DNA of 64,000 nucleotides from an uncultured Methanosarcinales archaeon (GCA_964604645.1 CAZRZP010000005.1:21938-85937); one strand, 5' to 3'. Counted from the stretch's first letter, positions 45,793 to 56,374 are shown. A program made the numbers and translations. Notes: generated from the sequence alone by a model not told the origin.

Positions 45793-47319
45793 CTATTTTA
45801 ACCAGGATTTTTTTTCTCTTAATTGCTTAATATCGTTATTATATAATTCTCTAATATCTTTTATTTCGTAATATTCAAGTATTGTTCGATCAAACCCAGG
45901 TCCCCATGCAAGTACTGGAACTTCTTTTCCTAATAAAGGTATTACTACTTCTGGTCTTAACATTCCAGCACCTCCTAATTCTACCCATTCCTTCTTTCCT
46001 TCATGGAAAAAATCTATTTCTACACTGGGTTCTGTATATGGAAAAAAAGCAGGACGAAAACGTGCTTCAGGAAAACCCATACGCGCAAAGAATTGTTTAA
46101 GATATCCTAATAAGTGCCGAAAATTAGCATTTTCATCTACAACAATTCCTTCTGTTTGATTAAACTCAAAGAGATGTTTCCAATCTAACGCTTCATTTCT
46201 AAAATTCTTTCCTAAAGCAAAGAATTTAGCAGGAAGATTTTCAGGATCAATGGATGCAAGGGTTTTACTTGTTAAAACTGTAGTGTGGGTCCGCAACACA
46301 TTTTTTTTTGCTTCTTCTTCATCCCACGAATATTGCCAACCTTTACTCTGGCTATCTCCTCCATGTTCATGCATTTGTTTAACTTTATCTACTGTTTCTT
46401 GATTAGGCAAATTACCCTTAGTGAATTTCCCCCCCAAGTAAAATGTATCTTGCAATTCTCTAACTGGATGATCTTGCGCAGTAAATAAAGCATCAAAATT
46501 CCAAAACGATGTGTTAACCATGGTTCCATTCATTTCTTGAAACCCCATATCTAACCAAATTTGTTTTGCATATTCAATTGCCTGATTAACAAAATGTTTC
46601 TTTCCACCATATTTTTTTGGTACATTAATTTCAACATCATAGGCTCTGAATGTTTGTTCTTTCCACGTTTTTTTCCTTAACATCTCTGCAGTAAGTCTGT
46701 TGATTACCGGTTGAGACAAATCTTCTTTTGAGATCTTCTTTCCAAGTTCAGTTAATTCAGCAGAAATAATTTTTCTTTCTTCTCTTTTGAAGAAACCTCT
46801 TTTAGATAATTCTTTATATGTTTCTTTGTCAGAAATATCTTCTTCATTTATTGGAAAGCTTAGTTTCAAAAAAACTTCTTGAGATGTTTCCTTCTCCAAT
46901 ATTTTTTTTCCTTCTTCTGTAATCTTAGCTTCTAAATATTCTCCTTTTTGGATTTCAATTGCTTTATTTCTTTTCAATAAACCTAAACAGGCATTTATTT
47001 CTTGTTTATGCAAACGCGATTTCTTTTTGATAACATTTAGTCCTTTAAATTCTTCTGATAAAGTAGATAGAAATTGTTTTTCTGGTAAACCCTCCTTCTT
47101 ATAAGTAAGTCCTATTTTTTCCAAATATATAATCGCTTCTTTTTTTGTATGAATTTCCACTAGTTTTTTGTTCTGCAGCCATTGTAAAGATCTCATTACC
47201 TCAATTTCTTTTAGTTTTGTTTCATCTACTAAGACTTGTAGTTCTTTATGCTGAATAAGCAAAGGTAAAATCTTACGTTCCAGTTGATCAAGTTTACTGA
47301 TTATTTTTACTTCATCCAT
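45793..47319 (-). CDS. pheS: phenylalanyl-tRNA synthetase alpha subunit
   Basis: Class II motifs (..FRNEALDWKHLFEFNQTEG.., ..GAGMLRPEV..) with N-terminal winged-helix repeats. Confidence 0.92.
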   Translation of the reverse strand: MDEVKIISKLDQLERKILPLLIQHKELQVLVDETKLKEIEVMRSLQWLQNKKLVEIHTKKEAIIYLEKIGLTYKKEGLPEKQFLSTLSEEFKGLNVIKKKSRLHKQEINACLGLLKRNKAIEIQKGEYLEAKITEEGKKILEKETSQEVFLKLSFPINEEDISDKETYKELSKRGFFKREERKIISAELTELGKKISKEDLSQPVINRLTAEMLRKKTWKEQTFRAYDVEINVPKKYGGKKHFVNQAIEYAKQIWLDMGFQEMNGTMVNTSFWNFDALFTAQDHPVRELQDTFYLGGKFTKGNLPNQETVDKVKQMHEHGGDSQSKGWQYSWDEEEAKKNVLRTHTTVLTSKTLASIDPENLPAKFFALGKNFRNEALDWKHLFEFNQTEGIVVDENANFRHLLGYLKQFFARMGFPEARFRPAFFPYTEPSVEIDFFHEGKKEWVELGGAGMLRPEVVIPLLGKEVPVLAWGPGFDRTILEYYEIKDIRELYNNDIKQLREKKSWLK

Positions 47320-47474
47320 TGCTACGCCATAATAAGAAATTCTTTATAAAATCTACTGATATAGGAAGCTACCACAATTAATTATTACAACAATTCAACG
47401 ATCACTACAATTATTCAAAAAAGAAAAAAACAACTGTAAAAAATAAGAAAAAATAAAACAATAAATTAACTCAA

Positions 47475-48269
47475 TTACTTTCTGCTCCAGTTCTGTTGAA
47501 ACATCTGGTCCATAGATTTAGTAAAATAAGGTGTTTTCACCCATACTCCTAAATCATAACTTGGATGAACTTCTCCATCATCTAAAGTCATGAAGACCGT
47601 ATCATTACTATCTACCGTAATGAATCGAGATCTTATTTTATCATTATGCTTTATTTCAGCAACTCCTTTAAGACCATCAGCAACTTTCTTGTTTTCTTTA
47701 GTAAGAGGGGCACTGATTCTTATTTTTACTCCTCTCTTTTTTGCTTTTTCCATGGAAGACTGTAATCCTTCAGCTTTTCTCATGAATCCTTTATCAGAAG
47801 TCATAATGTTTACTGTAGATTTAGCATTTTTTATCAAGAGATCCATATGGTTGTATAAGTTATTTCTACCTCTTAAACAACCACTCATCTCAGAAGGTTC
47901 AACCAAATCAATTCCATTAGTGTGTAAAGTTTCCAGTTCAGTCATCATTGGAGAACTTTTTATTGAATCTAATCGCTTAACTTTTTCCTGAGCTTCTGCA
48001 TTCATATTTTTCTTAACTCTATCAACAACTTCAGTCGGTGGAATTGCAATATATTTAATTGGTTTACCTATCTTCATTACAACAAAACCTTTCTTTTCAA
48101 GAGATTCAAGAACGTCATAACTCCTTGAACGTGGAACATCGGCGATATCCGATAATTCACCAGCGGTTGAAACTCCCCTACTTAACAAAGCAGCCCATAG
48201 CTTCACTTCGTATAGATTTAAGTCAAAATATCTACGTAATTTACTTAACAATTCATCTTTCACTATCAT
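47475..48269 (-). CDS. TrmB-family transcriptional regulator
   Basis: AGELSDIADVPRSRSYDVLESLEKKGFV HTH. The ATG at 48269 has a GGAGGGG SD about 8 nt upstream, whereas the track start at 48302 is a TTG. Confidence 0.85.
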   Translation of the reverse strand: MIVKDELLSKLRRYFDLNLYEVKLWAALLSRGVSTAGELSDIADVPRSRSYDVLESLEKKGFVVMKIGKPIKYIAIPPTEVVDRVKKNMNAEAQEKVKRLDSIKSSPMMTELETLHTNGIDLVEPSEMSGCLRGRNNLYNHMDLLIKNAKSTVNIMTSDKGFMRKAEGLQSSMEKAKKRGVKIRISAPLTKENKKVADGLKGVAEIKHNDKIRSRFITVDSNDTVFMTLDDGEVHPSYDLGVWVKTPYFTKSMDQMFQQNWSRK

Positions 48270-48429
48270 TTTCACAACCCCTCCTTTTTTGCTCAAATGC
48301 AAATAAGTATTTTTTTGCTACTAGGTTATCAGTAAAATTAACTACTATTAAAAGGTTGTGGTTATGCAAAATATAGAAAATAACTTTTTTTGGATTGTTC
48401 AGTAGTTTATATTGTTGTAGACCTGAAAA

Positions 48430-49479
48430 TTACTTCCACTCGACTTTAAATCTTAAGATGGCGGCAACCCCTCCCAAACCATTTAGTTTATGTCCACTCT
48501 CTAAATTTGATGAAAGAACATGAATCTTTCCATTTAAAGAATCTATTTTTTTCATTGCTTCATTAATTTCAGTAAATTTATTTTTCTCCCTTCTTTTTTG
48601 AATAAACTCATCACTTATCAGGAAATCTTTAACGGCTCCAGCTTCAACTGCATTTTTAACATCTTTCCATCCATAAACTGCCAGGTTTTCTTTCTCAATC
48701 TCTTGTAATAATTCTTCCATCAATAATAATTCATGCCGTGCTCTACTGGATTTTAGTACTTTAGCAACTTCCGGTCTAGCAAGAACTTCATCAATTGCTC
48801 TTTTGTTTGCAGATGAACAAATTGCTAGAACAACATTTTTCTTAATTTCACTATTTAGCTTCTTGAATAAGTCGTCTTTGTAAAATGCGGGAGAGGCAAT
48901 AATTATAGCTTCAGGGTTATACCTGGATTGATATTGTTCTAACATTTCAATCATTGCTTGATGAAAATCTTTTTTTACTTCAACTTTCTTAGATTTTTTT
49001 TGCACGTCCCCTTTAAACTCAACTAACACTTGGTGTCCAGATTTCTTAGTTAAAGCAAATATTGCTTCGTCCCTGTCAAAAATTAACACAAGATATTTGT
49101 GCTGCTCCTCTGAAGCTTCTTTTAGTTTTTGTCTTTGATATGCTAACCAAGTAGGTTTTTCAATTGTAATTTCGTGGCCGATCTCAACTGAAATTGAATG
49201 GTAACTATCTGTTGGAATATCATCTGTTCCTTCTTTAACTTTTCCTAGAACCCTTAGTGCACTTGAAGTAAATTCAACCTGTTCAGCTTCTATAGATAGA
49301 GTAATAGTTTTTTTTGTAGATTTTGCATTATCAGAATCACCTATTCTAATTTTACGTGTTGTTTTCCCTCTTACGAAATCACGTGGTTCAATTATGTGGC
49401 TAAGATACCACAAATCATCTGCATTTTCAACTCTTAACTTGACTGTCCCCTTCTTAAAATCTGATTTAATTGTTTTCAT
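48430..49479 (-). CDS. pelA: Pelota (Dom34) mRNA surveillance factor
   Basis: Three-domain eRF1-like layout. The N-terminus is VKLRVENADDLWYLSHII and the length is 349 aa. Confidence 0.88.
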   Translation of the reverse strand: MKTIKSDFKKGTVKLRVENADDLWYLSHIIEPRDFVRGKTTRKIRIGDSDNAKSTKKTITLSIEAEQVEFTSSALRVLGKVKEGTDDIPTDSYHSISVEIGHEITIEKPTWLAYQRQKLKEASEEQHKYLVLIFDRDEAIFALTKKSGHQVLVEFKGDVQKKSKKVEVKKDFHQAMIEMLEQYQSRYNPEAIIIASPAFYKDDLFKKLNSEIKKNVVLAICSSANKRAIDEVLARPEVAKVLKSSRARHELLLMEELLQEIEKENLAVYGWKDVKNAVEAGAVKDFLISDEFIQKRREKNKFTEINEAMKKIDSLNGKIHVLSSNLESGHKLNGLGGVAAILRFKVEWK

Positions 49480-49540
49480 TCTTTTTCATTTAACTCTTTT
49501 TTTACTCAACAATCTCAATCAATTGTTAGGTGCAAATGTT

Positions 49541-50107
49541 TTATTCAAATGATATTTTGACGTCTTTCCTTTCTCCCTCAGCTGTCTTGAATAAATCCTT
49601 CCTTTGGTAACTTAACAATCTAGCCATAAACACATAAGGAATTTGGTCAATTCTGATGTTATAAGTATTTACGGAATCGTTATAAAATTCTCTCCTATCT
49701 GAAATGTTTTCCTCAATTCCACTTACTCTTTTTTGAAATTCCATGAAATTTTGATTAGATTTTATTTCGGGGTAATTTTCAGCAACTGCAAATATTGATT
49801 TCAGTGCTCCAGCCATTACATTGTCTGCCTTAGCTTTTTCTGGAACGGACTGCGCGTTTAAGAATGCTGTCCTCGCAGCAGTGATTTTTGTAAGTACACT
49901 TTTCTCAAACTTCATTGCTCCTTTAACTGTTTGCATTAATTTGGTTAATTCGTCGTGCCTCTGTTTAAGAAGAACGTCGATGTTACTCCATGCTTTGTCA
50001 ATATTATGTTTTAATCTAATTAAGCTGTTATACATGCCTATTAAATAGCCCACAATAATAACTGCCAACAGAATACCCACAACGCCTAAAATCATTCCTA
50101 ATACCAT
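49541..50107 (-). CDS. LemA-family protein
   Basis: N-terminal TM, then YNSLIRLKHNIDKAWSNIDVLLKQRHDEL and NYPEIKSNQNFMEFQ. Confidence 0.88.
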   Translation of the reverse strand: MVLGMILGVVGILLAVIIVGYLIGMYNSLIRLKHNIDKAWSNIDVLLKQRHDELTKLMQTVKGAMKFEKSVLTKITAARTAFLNAQSVPEKAKADNVMAGALKSIFAVAENYPEIKSNQNFMEFQKRVSGIEENISDRREFYNDSVNTYNIRIDQIPYVFMARLLSYQRKDLFKTAEGERKDVKISFE

Positions 50108-50218
50108 TTTAATATTCCCCCAAATTATTTCAATTTATTACTTTATTTTTGAATTATTATCGCTTTTTAATAATTATTTACTATATTCTTCATAATCAAC
50201 TCTTTCATAAAAACTTTG

Positions 50219-50977
50219 CTATTCAAACCCAACTAACATTTCATATACTGCCATCACAATCGCTCCAATTCCGATTCCAAACGCTCCAAACATTTGCCAC
50301 TTTATTCTTTTCAATAAAACTGCTTCACTTTTATTTGAGATGATGTAAGTCGGTTCATTTCCCCCTTTTCTAATCATAACTTTCTCTGGAGCACCCGGAA
50401 CATTAGCTGCAGTACCCATTACAAACAAGTCTTCTTCAGGTTTAATATAATGTTCTTGATAGATCCTATCTCCTATTCCAACAAATCCCATTCTGCCTTC
50501 AACTAATTTTAATCCTAAAGATTCTGGTTGTTGAGTTAGGTTCTTTTTACGTAATGCAAGAATAATTGGCCCAATTTGCATCCCAAATTTAGCTTTTTGA
50601 CTATACTTCTTACTTAAAGGTATGTTAAATTCAGCTCCATCGGGATTTACGTATATTTGTCCGGTTTCGTCCTTTGCCCAAAATGGAATATGTTCTTCTC
50701 CTGAATTAATTGTTACCCATCTGCTGCTCTTCCCGCTTCTTTGATATTCTTTAATTTCATACTTATAATAGATGCAAGGTGTTTTTGAAAACGGACTAAT
50801 AAGAGTGTTCTTTGCACTTACTTTACCATGTATTTCAACCAGACCCATGGCCAGAGAACGAACCTTAGAACGTGGGATGTCGTTGATTAACTTGTATTGC
50901 TTCATCTTTTTGAAACCAGCAAAAAATCCTACTCCACCAATTCCTAATCCAGCACCAATTAACATTACGTCTACCAT
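50219..50977 (-). CDS. GIDE-domain membrane protein (LemA partner)
   Basis: N- and C-terminal TM helices. VEIHGKVSAKNTLISPFSKTPCIYYKYEI is typical of the GIDE domain. It lies upstream of LemA. Confidence 0.7.
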   Translation of the reverse strand: MVDVMLIGAGLGIGGVGFFAGFKKMKQYKLINDIPRSKVRSLAMGLVEIHGKVSAKNTLISPFSKTPCIYYKYEIKEYQRSGKSSRWVTINSGEEHIPFWAKDETGQIYVNPDGAEFNIPLSKKYSQKAKFGMQIGPIILALRKKNLTQQPESLGLKLVEGRMGFVGIGDRIYQEHYIKPEEDLFVMGTAANVPGAPEKVMIRKGGNEPTYIISNKSEAVLLKRIKWQMFGAFGIGIGAIVMAVYEMLVGFE

Positions 50978-51113
50978 GGGATCTGTTACACTCTATGATT
51001 AATAAAATATTTGGTTTCCTTTATTCTATTTAACAGAAATCTGACTAAACAAAAGAACTTTTCCCCTCTCCACATCACAAAACTTTATATATTCCTAATT
51101 TTTCTTACTGTTG

Positions 51114-52319
51114 ATGAAAAGTCTAAAAGGAGGTAGAGCACAGGCAGCTGCGGGCGCTGCAGTTCTCATAGCTATCATTGCAGGATTAATGGTTATGTTC
51201 GTAATTCTTATCCCTCCTCAAGAACGGGCAAAATTACTTGATGAAAATTATTCCGGAACTTCTTCCAGTGGCATACACTCTTCTTCCTCTTCTTTAACAG
51301 CAAAAAATTTGCTTACTGCCAGTCCAGGTAGAATAGATTATCTTGCTCAAAGTGAAATTGAACATCCTATTCCTGTTGTGACAATCTATACTAGTCGTGA
51401 AGGTCGTATTTTAGCTGAGAGATCTAGGATTAAATCTAAGAATGCTGTTTTTACTGAAGAAACATCTGACTTTACTTTTACAATTCATAACTTAGACCAT
51501 ACTAGTGATGTTTTACTAAATTTCTTTGTACAATCAATTGTTGGAGACATGATTATTGAGCTTAATGGCCAAGAGATATTTAGCGGAAGTCTAAAACCTG
51601 GTGCAAGTGCACCAATTTCTCTTCCTAAATCTCTATTACAGAAAGATAATAGAATTGAATTGAAGTCAATTTCTCCAGGCATTGCTTTCTGGCGTACGCA
51701 TGAAGCAGTTTTAAACAAAGTAAAAGTTGTTGCTGATGTAAAAAATGTTGAAGCCCAAAGTTCAAAGAATGTTTTCTTAATTTTAAATCAGGAAAAGAAA
51801 AATCTTGAGAGGGGATTATTAAAATTCACGCCGGAATGTAAACCTGGAGAAGTAGGGAAATTACGTGTAAAGATAAATGGAAAGGAACTTTACAACGCAA
51901 TTCCAGATTGTGACATCAAGATTATTCCTGTAGAGTTTTCTACAGACCTAATACATGTTGGAGAAAATCAAATTGAATTCTTTACAGAGGAAGGAACTTA
52001 TATCTTATCACACGTTTTAATTGAATCTAAGCTTAAAGATTTAGAATTTCCGACTTATTATTTTGATTTAAGTCTTGAAGAATTTGAAGAAGTGCAAGCT
52101 GGTGGAAAAAGAGTAAGGCTTGAGATGGACTTTGTTGACGTTGTTACAGTAAAAAGAGCAGATATAGTATTCAATGGTCATTTAGATAGTTTTGAAACCA
52201 AAGAAGTTGTTTACACCATGGATTTGAGTGAAGATGTAGTTAAAGGCAATAATGCGATTAAAATCAAACCAAAAAAGACTCTTGAAATCAGAGAATTAAG
52301 GATGGATTTGGTTAAATAA
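51114..52319 (+). CDS. envelope protein with class-III-like signal (RAQAAAGAAVLIAIIAG...) and three repeated beta-rich modules
   Basis: R-A|Q-A-A-A followed by 20 hydrophobic residues fits the archaeal prepilin-peptidase pattern. Three modules each carry NG[QKH] and a later N.I[EK] pair: NGQ..NRIE, NGK..NQIE and NGH..NAIK. Confidence 0.55.
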   Translation: MKSLKGGRAQAAAGAAVLIAIIAGLMVMFVILIPPQERAKLLDENYSGTSSSGIHSSSSSLTAKNLLTASPGRIDYLAQSEIEHPIPVVTIYTSREGRILAERSRIKSKNAVFTEETSDFTFTIHNLDHTSDVLLNFFVQSIVGDMIIELNGQEIFSGSLKPGASAPISLPKSLLQKDNRIELKSISPGIAFWRTHEAVLNKVKVVADVKNVEAQSSKNVFLILNQEKKNLERGLLKFTPECKPGEVGKLRVKINGKELYNAIPDCDIKIIPVEFSTDLIHVGENQIEFFTEEGTYILSHVLIESKLKDLEFPTYYFDLSLEEFEEVQAGGKRVRLEMDFVDVVTVKRADIVFNGHLDSFETKEVVYTMDLSEDVVKGNNAIKIKPKKTLEIRELRMDLVK

Positions 52320-52405
52320 TATTACTATTTCTCTTCCGTTTAGTTGTTCTATCATCCCCAATACAACGTAATCTTTTTATAACTTAGAATAATCTTACGA
52401 ATAAG

Positions 52406-54163
52406 ATGGATGTTGATACAGATGTTGGAAGAGAGATGTTGGGCTTTCAACTGGTTAGCTCAGGCGCTAAAGAGTTCTCTGAAGCAGCAAGAACATCTAG
52501 CTTTCTTTTATTGATTATAGGTTCAATTCATTACATTCTTCGTTTTTTAGGTTTTGATGCCTTTTATTTTGTAATAAGTCTCATTTTGTTTGTAATTTCT
52601 GGATATGCTATCTCTACTAAATTAGAAAAGGATAGAGCTGCTATTTTTCTTCCAATGCTTATTTTTGTAGTTTGGTTTTTTGTATTTCAAGCGCGTTTTG
52701 ATTTACAATTTTTAACCTATTTTGTAGTTTCAATCGTTACATTATTGTTGCTTCCAATGATTTTTTCAAAAGGAGAAAGCATTGCTGCGGAAATGGCAGG
52801 TTTGATACCTGTTTTGTTTCTCTTTTTTGATGTTGGTTTTGTTTCTTTCATGGTAGAAAAAATGCATTGGCCTATAACAAGTTTAGTAGGAAATTTAGTA
52901 CTTTTCATGCCTTGGTGGGCTTTTTTGGGTTTACTTTTACTTCCAAGCTCTGAAAATGAGAATGCAAACATGGTTGTTGGATTAGCAAGAATTGTGGGCT
53001 TCCTTTACATTATTCTAGTTATTTTTATTCCGATAGTTCCAGATGTTGGATATGAAAAAAGCCTATTGCCTTCAATTCAAGAGTTTGAAGAAGCAAGAGA
53101 AGACGTTTTAGCAAGATTACCAAATAATGAGCACCCTTTTGTTTCAAATATTGCTTGTTTATTACAAGGAGAATATAAAGATCCTGTTGGCTGTGTAGAC
53201 CGTAGGAAAGAAGCTTCACGGCTGGTAAATCAATGTAAAAATGATGAACGAGTAAAAAGTAATGAAATGACTCTTAAAGAATGCGTCGAAAAAATAAAAG
53301 AAGAAAAAAAATCTGTAGGACAAAACTTACCCGGTTCATATGATCCAAATTTATTACCAACAAAATTTGAATTTAAAGTAGACAAAGATTTCTTCCCTTA
53401 TAAAACAGTTGAACCAGCACGTTATACAGCCAATTTTGATTATGAAAACCCTCGCCATCAACAAATTACAGCAAAGTTTAGTTGTTCTTTTATCAAAGAT
53501 AAATCTGTTTTACCTGGAAAAATTGAGTATAGGAAAGGCAGTGACATAAAGAAAGTAGAAGCTTGGGAAGTAAAATTGTTGGATGGTGGTTCATTAAGTG
53601 TAATTTGTTTGCCTCCTGAAGTTACTATGGCTGGTAGTTATCAATTATCTTATAAAGCAGATTTATTAGGGTTGAAAAGTAAATCTTACGTAACTAGGTT
53701 TTTCGTAAATGCTTCTGATAATGTTCAAAAGAAAAAAATATCTCAAAAGATTACAAAAATTGAAGGTTCATTAAACCAGTTTAGAGAAACTAAATCTGCT
53801 CAAGAACCAGCTCGCTTATTATTTGGATTTGGTCATACAGTGAAAGACCCAATAATTAGAGTTAACCAACAAAATGAATTGAATAATTTAGAGATGGGAT
53901 TGTCCATAGAAAATATTGGCGGGGGAAAGATAACTGCAGTTGAATTGTATCAAGTTTATTTGGATAACTTTGCAGGTAATTGTTTGTCTGGTAGTCAAGT
54001 TACAATTCCAGCTAAACCATCTTCTCGTATTAGGGTAAGCGGGTGTTCTATTATTGGCTATGTTCAGGTGGATGATGATTACATTCCAAAAACTTTTGAT
54101 GCTGAACTTAATTATAACTATCAAATGGAACATAAAGTTGGCATTACAGTAGGTGACAAATGA
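52406..54163 (+). CDS. polytopic membrane protein (about 8 TM) with large C-terminal ectodomain
   Basis: Hydrophobicity pattern in the first 215 aa or so, then a soluble region of about 370 aa. No family recognised. Confidence 0.55.
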   Translation: MDVDTDVGREMLGFQLVSSGAKEFSEAARTSSFLLLIIGSIHYILRFLGFDAFYFVISLILFVISGYAISTKLEKDRAAIFLPMLIFVVWFFVFQARFDLQFLTYFVVSIVTLLLLPMIFSKGESIAAEMAGLIPVLFLFFDVGFVSFMVEKMHWPITSLVGNLVLFMPWWAFLGLLLLPSSENENANMVVGLARIVGFLYIILVIFIPIVPDVGYEKSLLPSIQEFEEAREDVLARLPNNEHPFVSNIACLLQGEYKDPVGCVDRRKEASRLVNQCKNDERVKSNEMTLKECVEKIKEEKKSVGQNLPGSYDPNLLPTKFEFKVDKDFFPYKTVEPARYTANFDYENPRHQQITAKFSCSFIKDKSVLPGKIEYRKGSDIKKVEAWEVKLLDGGSLSVICLPPEVTMAGSYQLSYKADLLGLKSKSYVTRFFVNASDNVQKKKISQKITKIEGSLNQFRETKSAQEPARLLFGFGHTVKDPIIRVNQQNELNNLEMGLSIENIGGGKITAVELYQVYLDNFAGNCLSGSQVTIPAKPSSRIRVSGCSIIGYVQVDDDYIPKTFDAELNYNYQMEHKVGITVGDK

Positions 54164-55011
54164 TAGACATAAAGAGAATTATATTTTTTTTCAGTTTAAT
54201 CATACTTGTGGGATGTACTTCACAAACACCTAGCGGGATTGATTATAATTTTAAACAGGGTGTGAACGAGCTACAACTTAGTACAGTAAAAAATGCTCCT
54301 CCTTCAAAAATATTTGAAAATTCTGAATTTCCTTTTTTAATTGAGTTACATAATAAAGCTGCCTACGACTTAATTGACGGAGAGTTAAGTATTATAGGGT
54401 TAGACAAAAAATATTTTTATTTATCTCCGCCTAAAGAGAATTTCGCATTGATGGAAGGTAGGAGTTTACAAAACCCTGTTGGGGATAAAATATTTATTGA
54501 GTTTCAGGGACAAGCTAACGAATTATTTGAAGGCGCAGAGAGGTACACTGACCGTTATGTAGTTCAAGCTAAATATAGTAGTACGATGGAGTTTGTTGAT
54601 TCAATTTGCATAGACCCAGATGTATATGATGTGTTTGAATCTGGTTGTAAAATGCGTGACAGAAAATCTTATCGAGGTCAGGGTTCACCATTAGGAATTA
54701 ATCAACTTGAACAGATATTAACTCCTGGAACTTCTCCTTTCATAGAATTAAGGTTACAGTTGCGAAATATGGGTAAAGGAGAATTAGGTACGGTTACTTT
54801 TACTGATGCAAAATTGGGCGCTAATGAAATCTCTTGTCAATTTAAAGGAACTGTGGGCAAGACAATTACTTTTGATAAAAAACGTCCGCCGGTTCTTATT
54901 TGTAAACATCAGCTGTTAAGAAACGTTGGTTCATACACTACTACTTTGTTACTGGGTTTCTCATTTGATTATAAAATTGAAGAAATTAAAACATTAAATA
55001 TTTTTAGTTAA
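54160..55011 (+). CDS. lipoprotein of unknown function
   Basis: 4-nt overlap with the upstream gene, and a signal peptide with lipobox LVGC. Confidence 0.55.
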   Translation: MIDIKRIIFFFSLIILVGCTSQTPSGIDYNFKQGVNELQLSTVKNAPPSKIFENSEFPFLIELHNKAAYDLIDGELSIIGLDKKYFYLSPPKENFALMEGRSLQNPVGDKIFIEFQGQANELFEGAERYTDRYVVQAKYSSTMEFVDSICIDPDVYDVFESGCKMRDRKSYRGQGSPLGINQLEQILTPGTSPFIELRLQLRNMGKGELGTVTFTDAKLGANEISCQFKGTVGKTITFDKKRPPVLICKHQLLRNVGSYTTTLLLGFSFDYKIEEIKTLNIFS

Positions 55012-55091
55012 CTAATTTTTACTTTTGTTATTAATTTCAATTAAATTTTGATATTCAAGTTCAATAAGTATTAAAAATAAACTTTGGTTGT

Positions 55092-55631
55092 TTGCTGTTA
55101 GGTGGTAGTTTGAAAATAATCTTAATAACTTTGTTAATCTGTGCTTTTATGCTTCCTAGTTCTTTTGCTAATGATCTTTACAATGATGATATTTATAATG
55201 AGAAAGTAATTTCATTTAACGCAATTACACAAAACAAGTTGAAAATGGCTCAAAGGACTTGGTTCGTCGCCTTAACTCCTTCTTTTAAACAATTTGCCGA
55301 TCCAATGGTTAAGTCTAACATAAATAAGGATGATGAAATAGTTAACTCTATCAACATTTACCGAGAGCCTAAAGAAGATATCATTATTCAAATAACTGAA
55401 GAAGGTTTCTATCCTTCGAAATTAGAAGTTAAAGTAAATCAAACAGTTACCTGGCATAATAGGAGAGATAAATTACCTACTTTACTATTTGGTATGAGAG
55501 AAATAACCAATTTACGCAGTGGACAATTCAAACCGGGACAATCATTTTCATGGAAATTTTCAAAGAAAGGCGAGTTTGTTTACGTTGACGCGATAATAAT
55601 TGGTTTTAGTGGAAAAATAAGCGTACATTAG
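55092..55631 (+). CDS. secreted protein with cupredoxin-like C-terminal domain lacking obvious copper ligands
   Basis: Sec-type signal (..LPSSFA|ND). The C-terminus FYPSKLEVKVNQTVTWHN...GEFVYVD resembles a cupredoxin/plastocyanin fold. The start codon is uncertain (TTG). Confidence 0.45.
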   Translation: MLLGGSLKIILITLLICAFMLPSSFANDLYNDDIYNEKVISFNAITQNKLKMAQRTWFVALTPSFKQFADPMVKSNINKDDEIVNSINIYREPKEDIIIQITEEGFYPSKLEVKVNQTVTWHNRRDKLPTLLFGMREITNLRSGQFKPGQSFSWKFSKKGEFVYVDAIIIGFSGKISVH

Positions 55632-55673
55632 GGATTCTATAAAATTAAAAACAAATAAATACAAAAATAATTT

Positions 55674-55904
55674 TTATTCTTTTAGTGCAGCTTCTAATTT
55701 ATCTTTATCAAAACCTACAATAAACTTTCCATCAATTACGATTACTGGGGTTGATAATTGCCCTGTATTTTTCAGAACCTCTTCACGGAATGTATCTTCC
55801 TCGGTTAAATCTCTTTCCTGAAAGGATACTTTTTTTTCTTCCATCCATTTTTTTACTTTACGGCAAAAATCGCACGTGGGTATTGTGTATATAATCACTT
55901 CCAT
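55674..55904 (-). CDS. glutaredoxin-like protein (NrdH/Grx family)
   Basis: 76 aa with IYTIPTCDFCRKVKKWM (CxxC) and the TPVIVIDGKFIVGFD motif. Confidence 0.85.
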   Translation of the reverse strand: MEVIIYTIPTCDFCRKVKKWMEEKKVSFQERDLTEEDTFREEVLKNTGQLSTPVIVIDGKFIVGFDKDKLEAALKE

Positions 55905-56005
55905 ATTGGTTTCTCCTTTGACCTTATTTATATTTAGATAGTTTATCTTAACTTATGGTGTTTTATAGGTAGTTTTATATATACTTTTTCATTTATTTTT
56001 CTCTA

Positions 56006-56374
56006 ATGTCGCAAGAAGAAACAAAAAAAAAGGTAGTGGTACTTCTAAACTTTTCTTTGGTATTAGTTTCATCTTTATTGCTTCTTAATTTATTTGGTGC
56101 TAATCTCCCTTCCATTGGTAATGCACTTTATTCATTTGATCCGGCACAGAACCTCTGTTTAATAGAAAGTTCCGAGAGATTACAATCTTTGGATATTATT
56201 AACTGCTGTGATATGGTAAGAAGGCAATCAATTTGCATTCCCCACATAAAAATGACAGCTTGGGGAGAATCTCATGTAGAGTGCTCCATTCCAAATTCAC
56301 TTTTTTCATACCATTTAAACAATAAAGCTTTTTACTTTTGTCAAGAAGAAATTGGTTTTCCGGGGATAAGATGA
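56006..56374 (+). CDS. Cys-rich membrane-anchored small protein
   Basis: N-terminal TM and 7 Cys residues. Its stop overlaps the GH3 start (ATGA at 56371). Confidence 0.45.
   Translation: MSQEETKKKVVVLLNFSLVLVSSLLLLNLFGANLPSIGNALYSFDPAQNLCLIESSERLQSLDIINCCDMVRRQSICIPHIKMTAWGESHVECSIPNSLFSYHLNNKAFYFCQEEIGFPGIR

Noticed and set aside
47368-47384. GCTACCACAATTAATTA upstream of pheS, resembling the TACCAC motif at 14721 and 17053
   Set aside because: Only the TACCAC hexamer is shared and the AGTG hairpin partner is absent. A hexamer is expected many times by chance in 64 kb.
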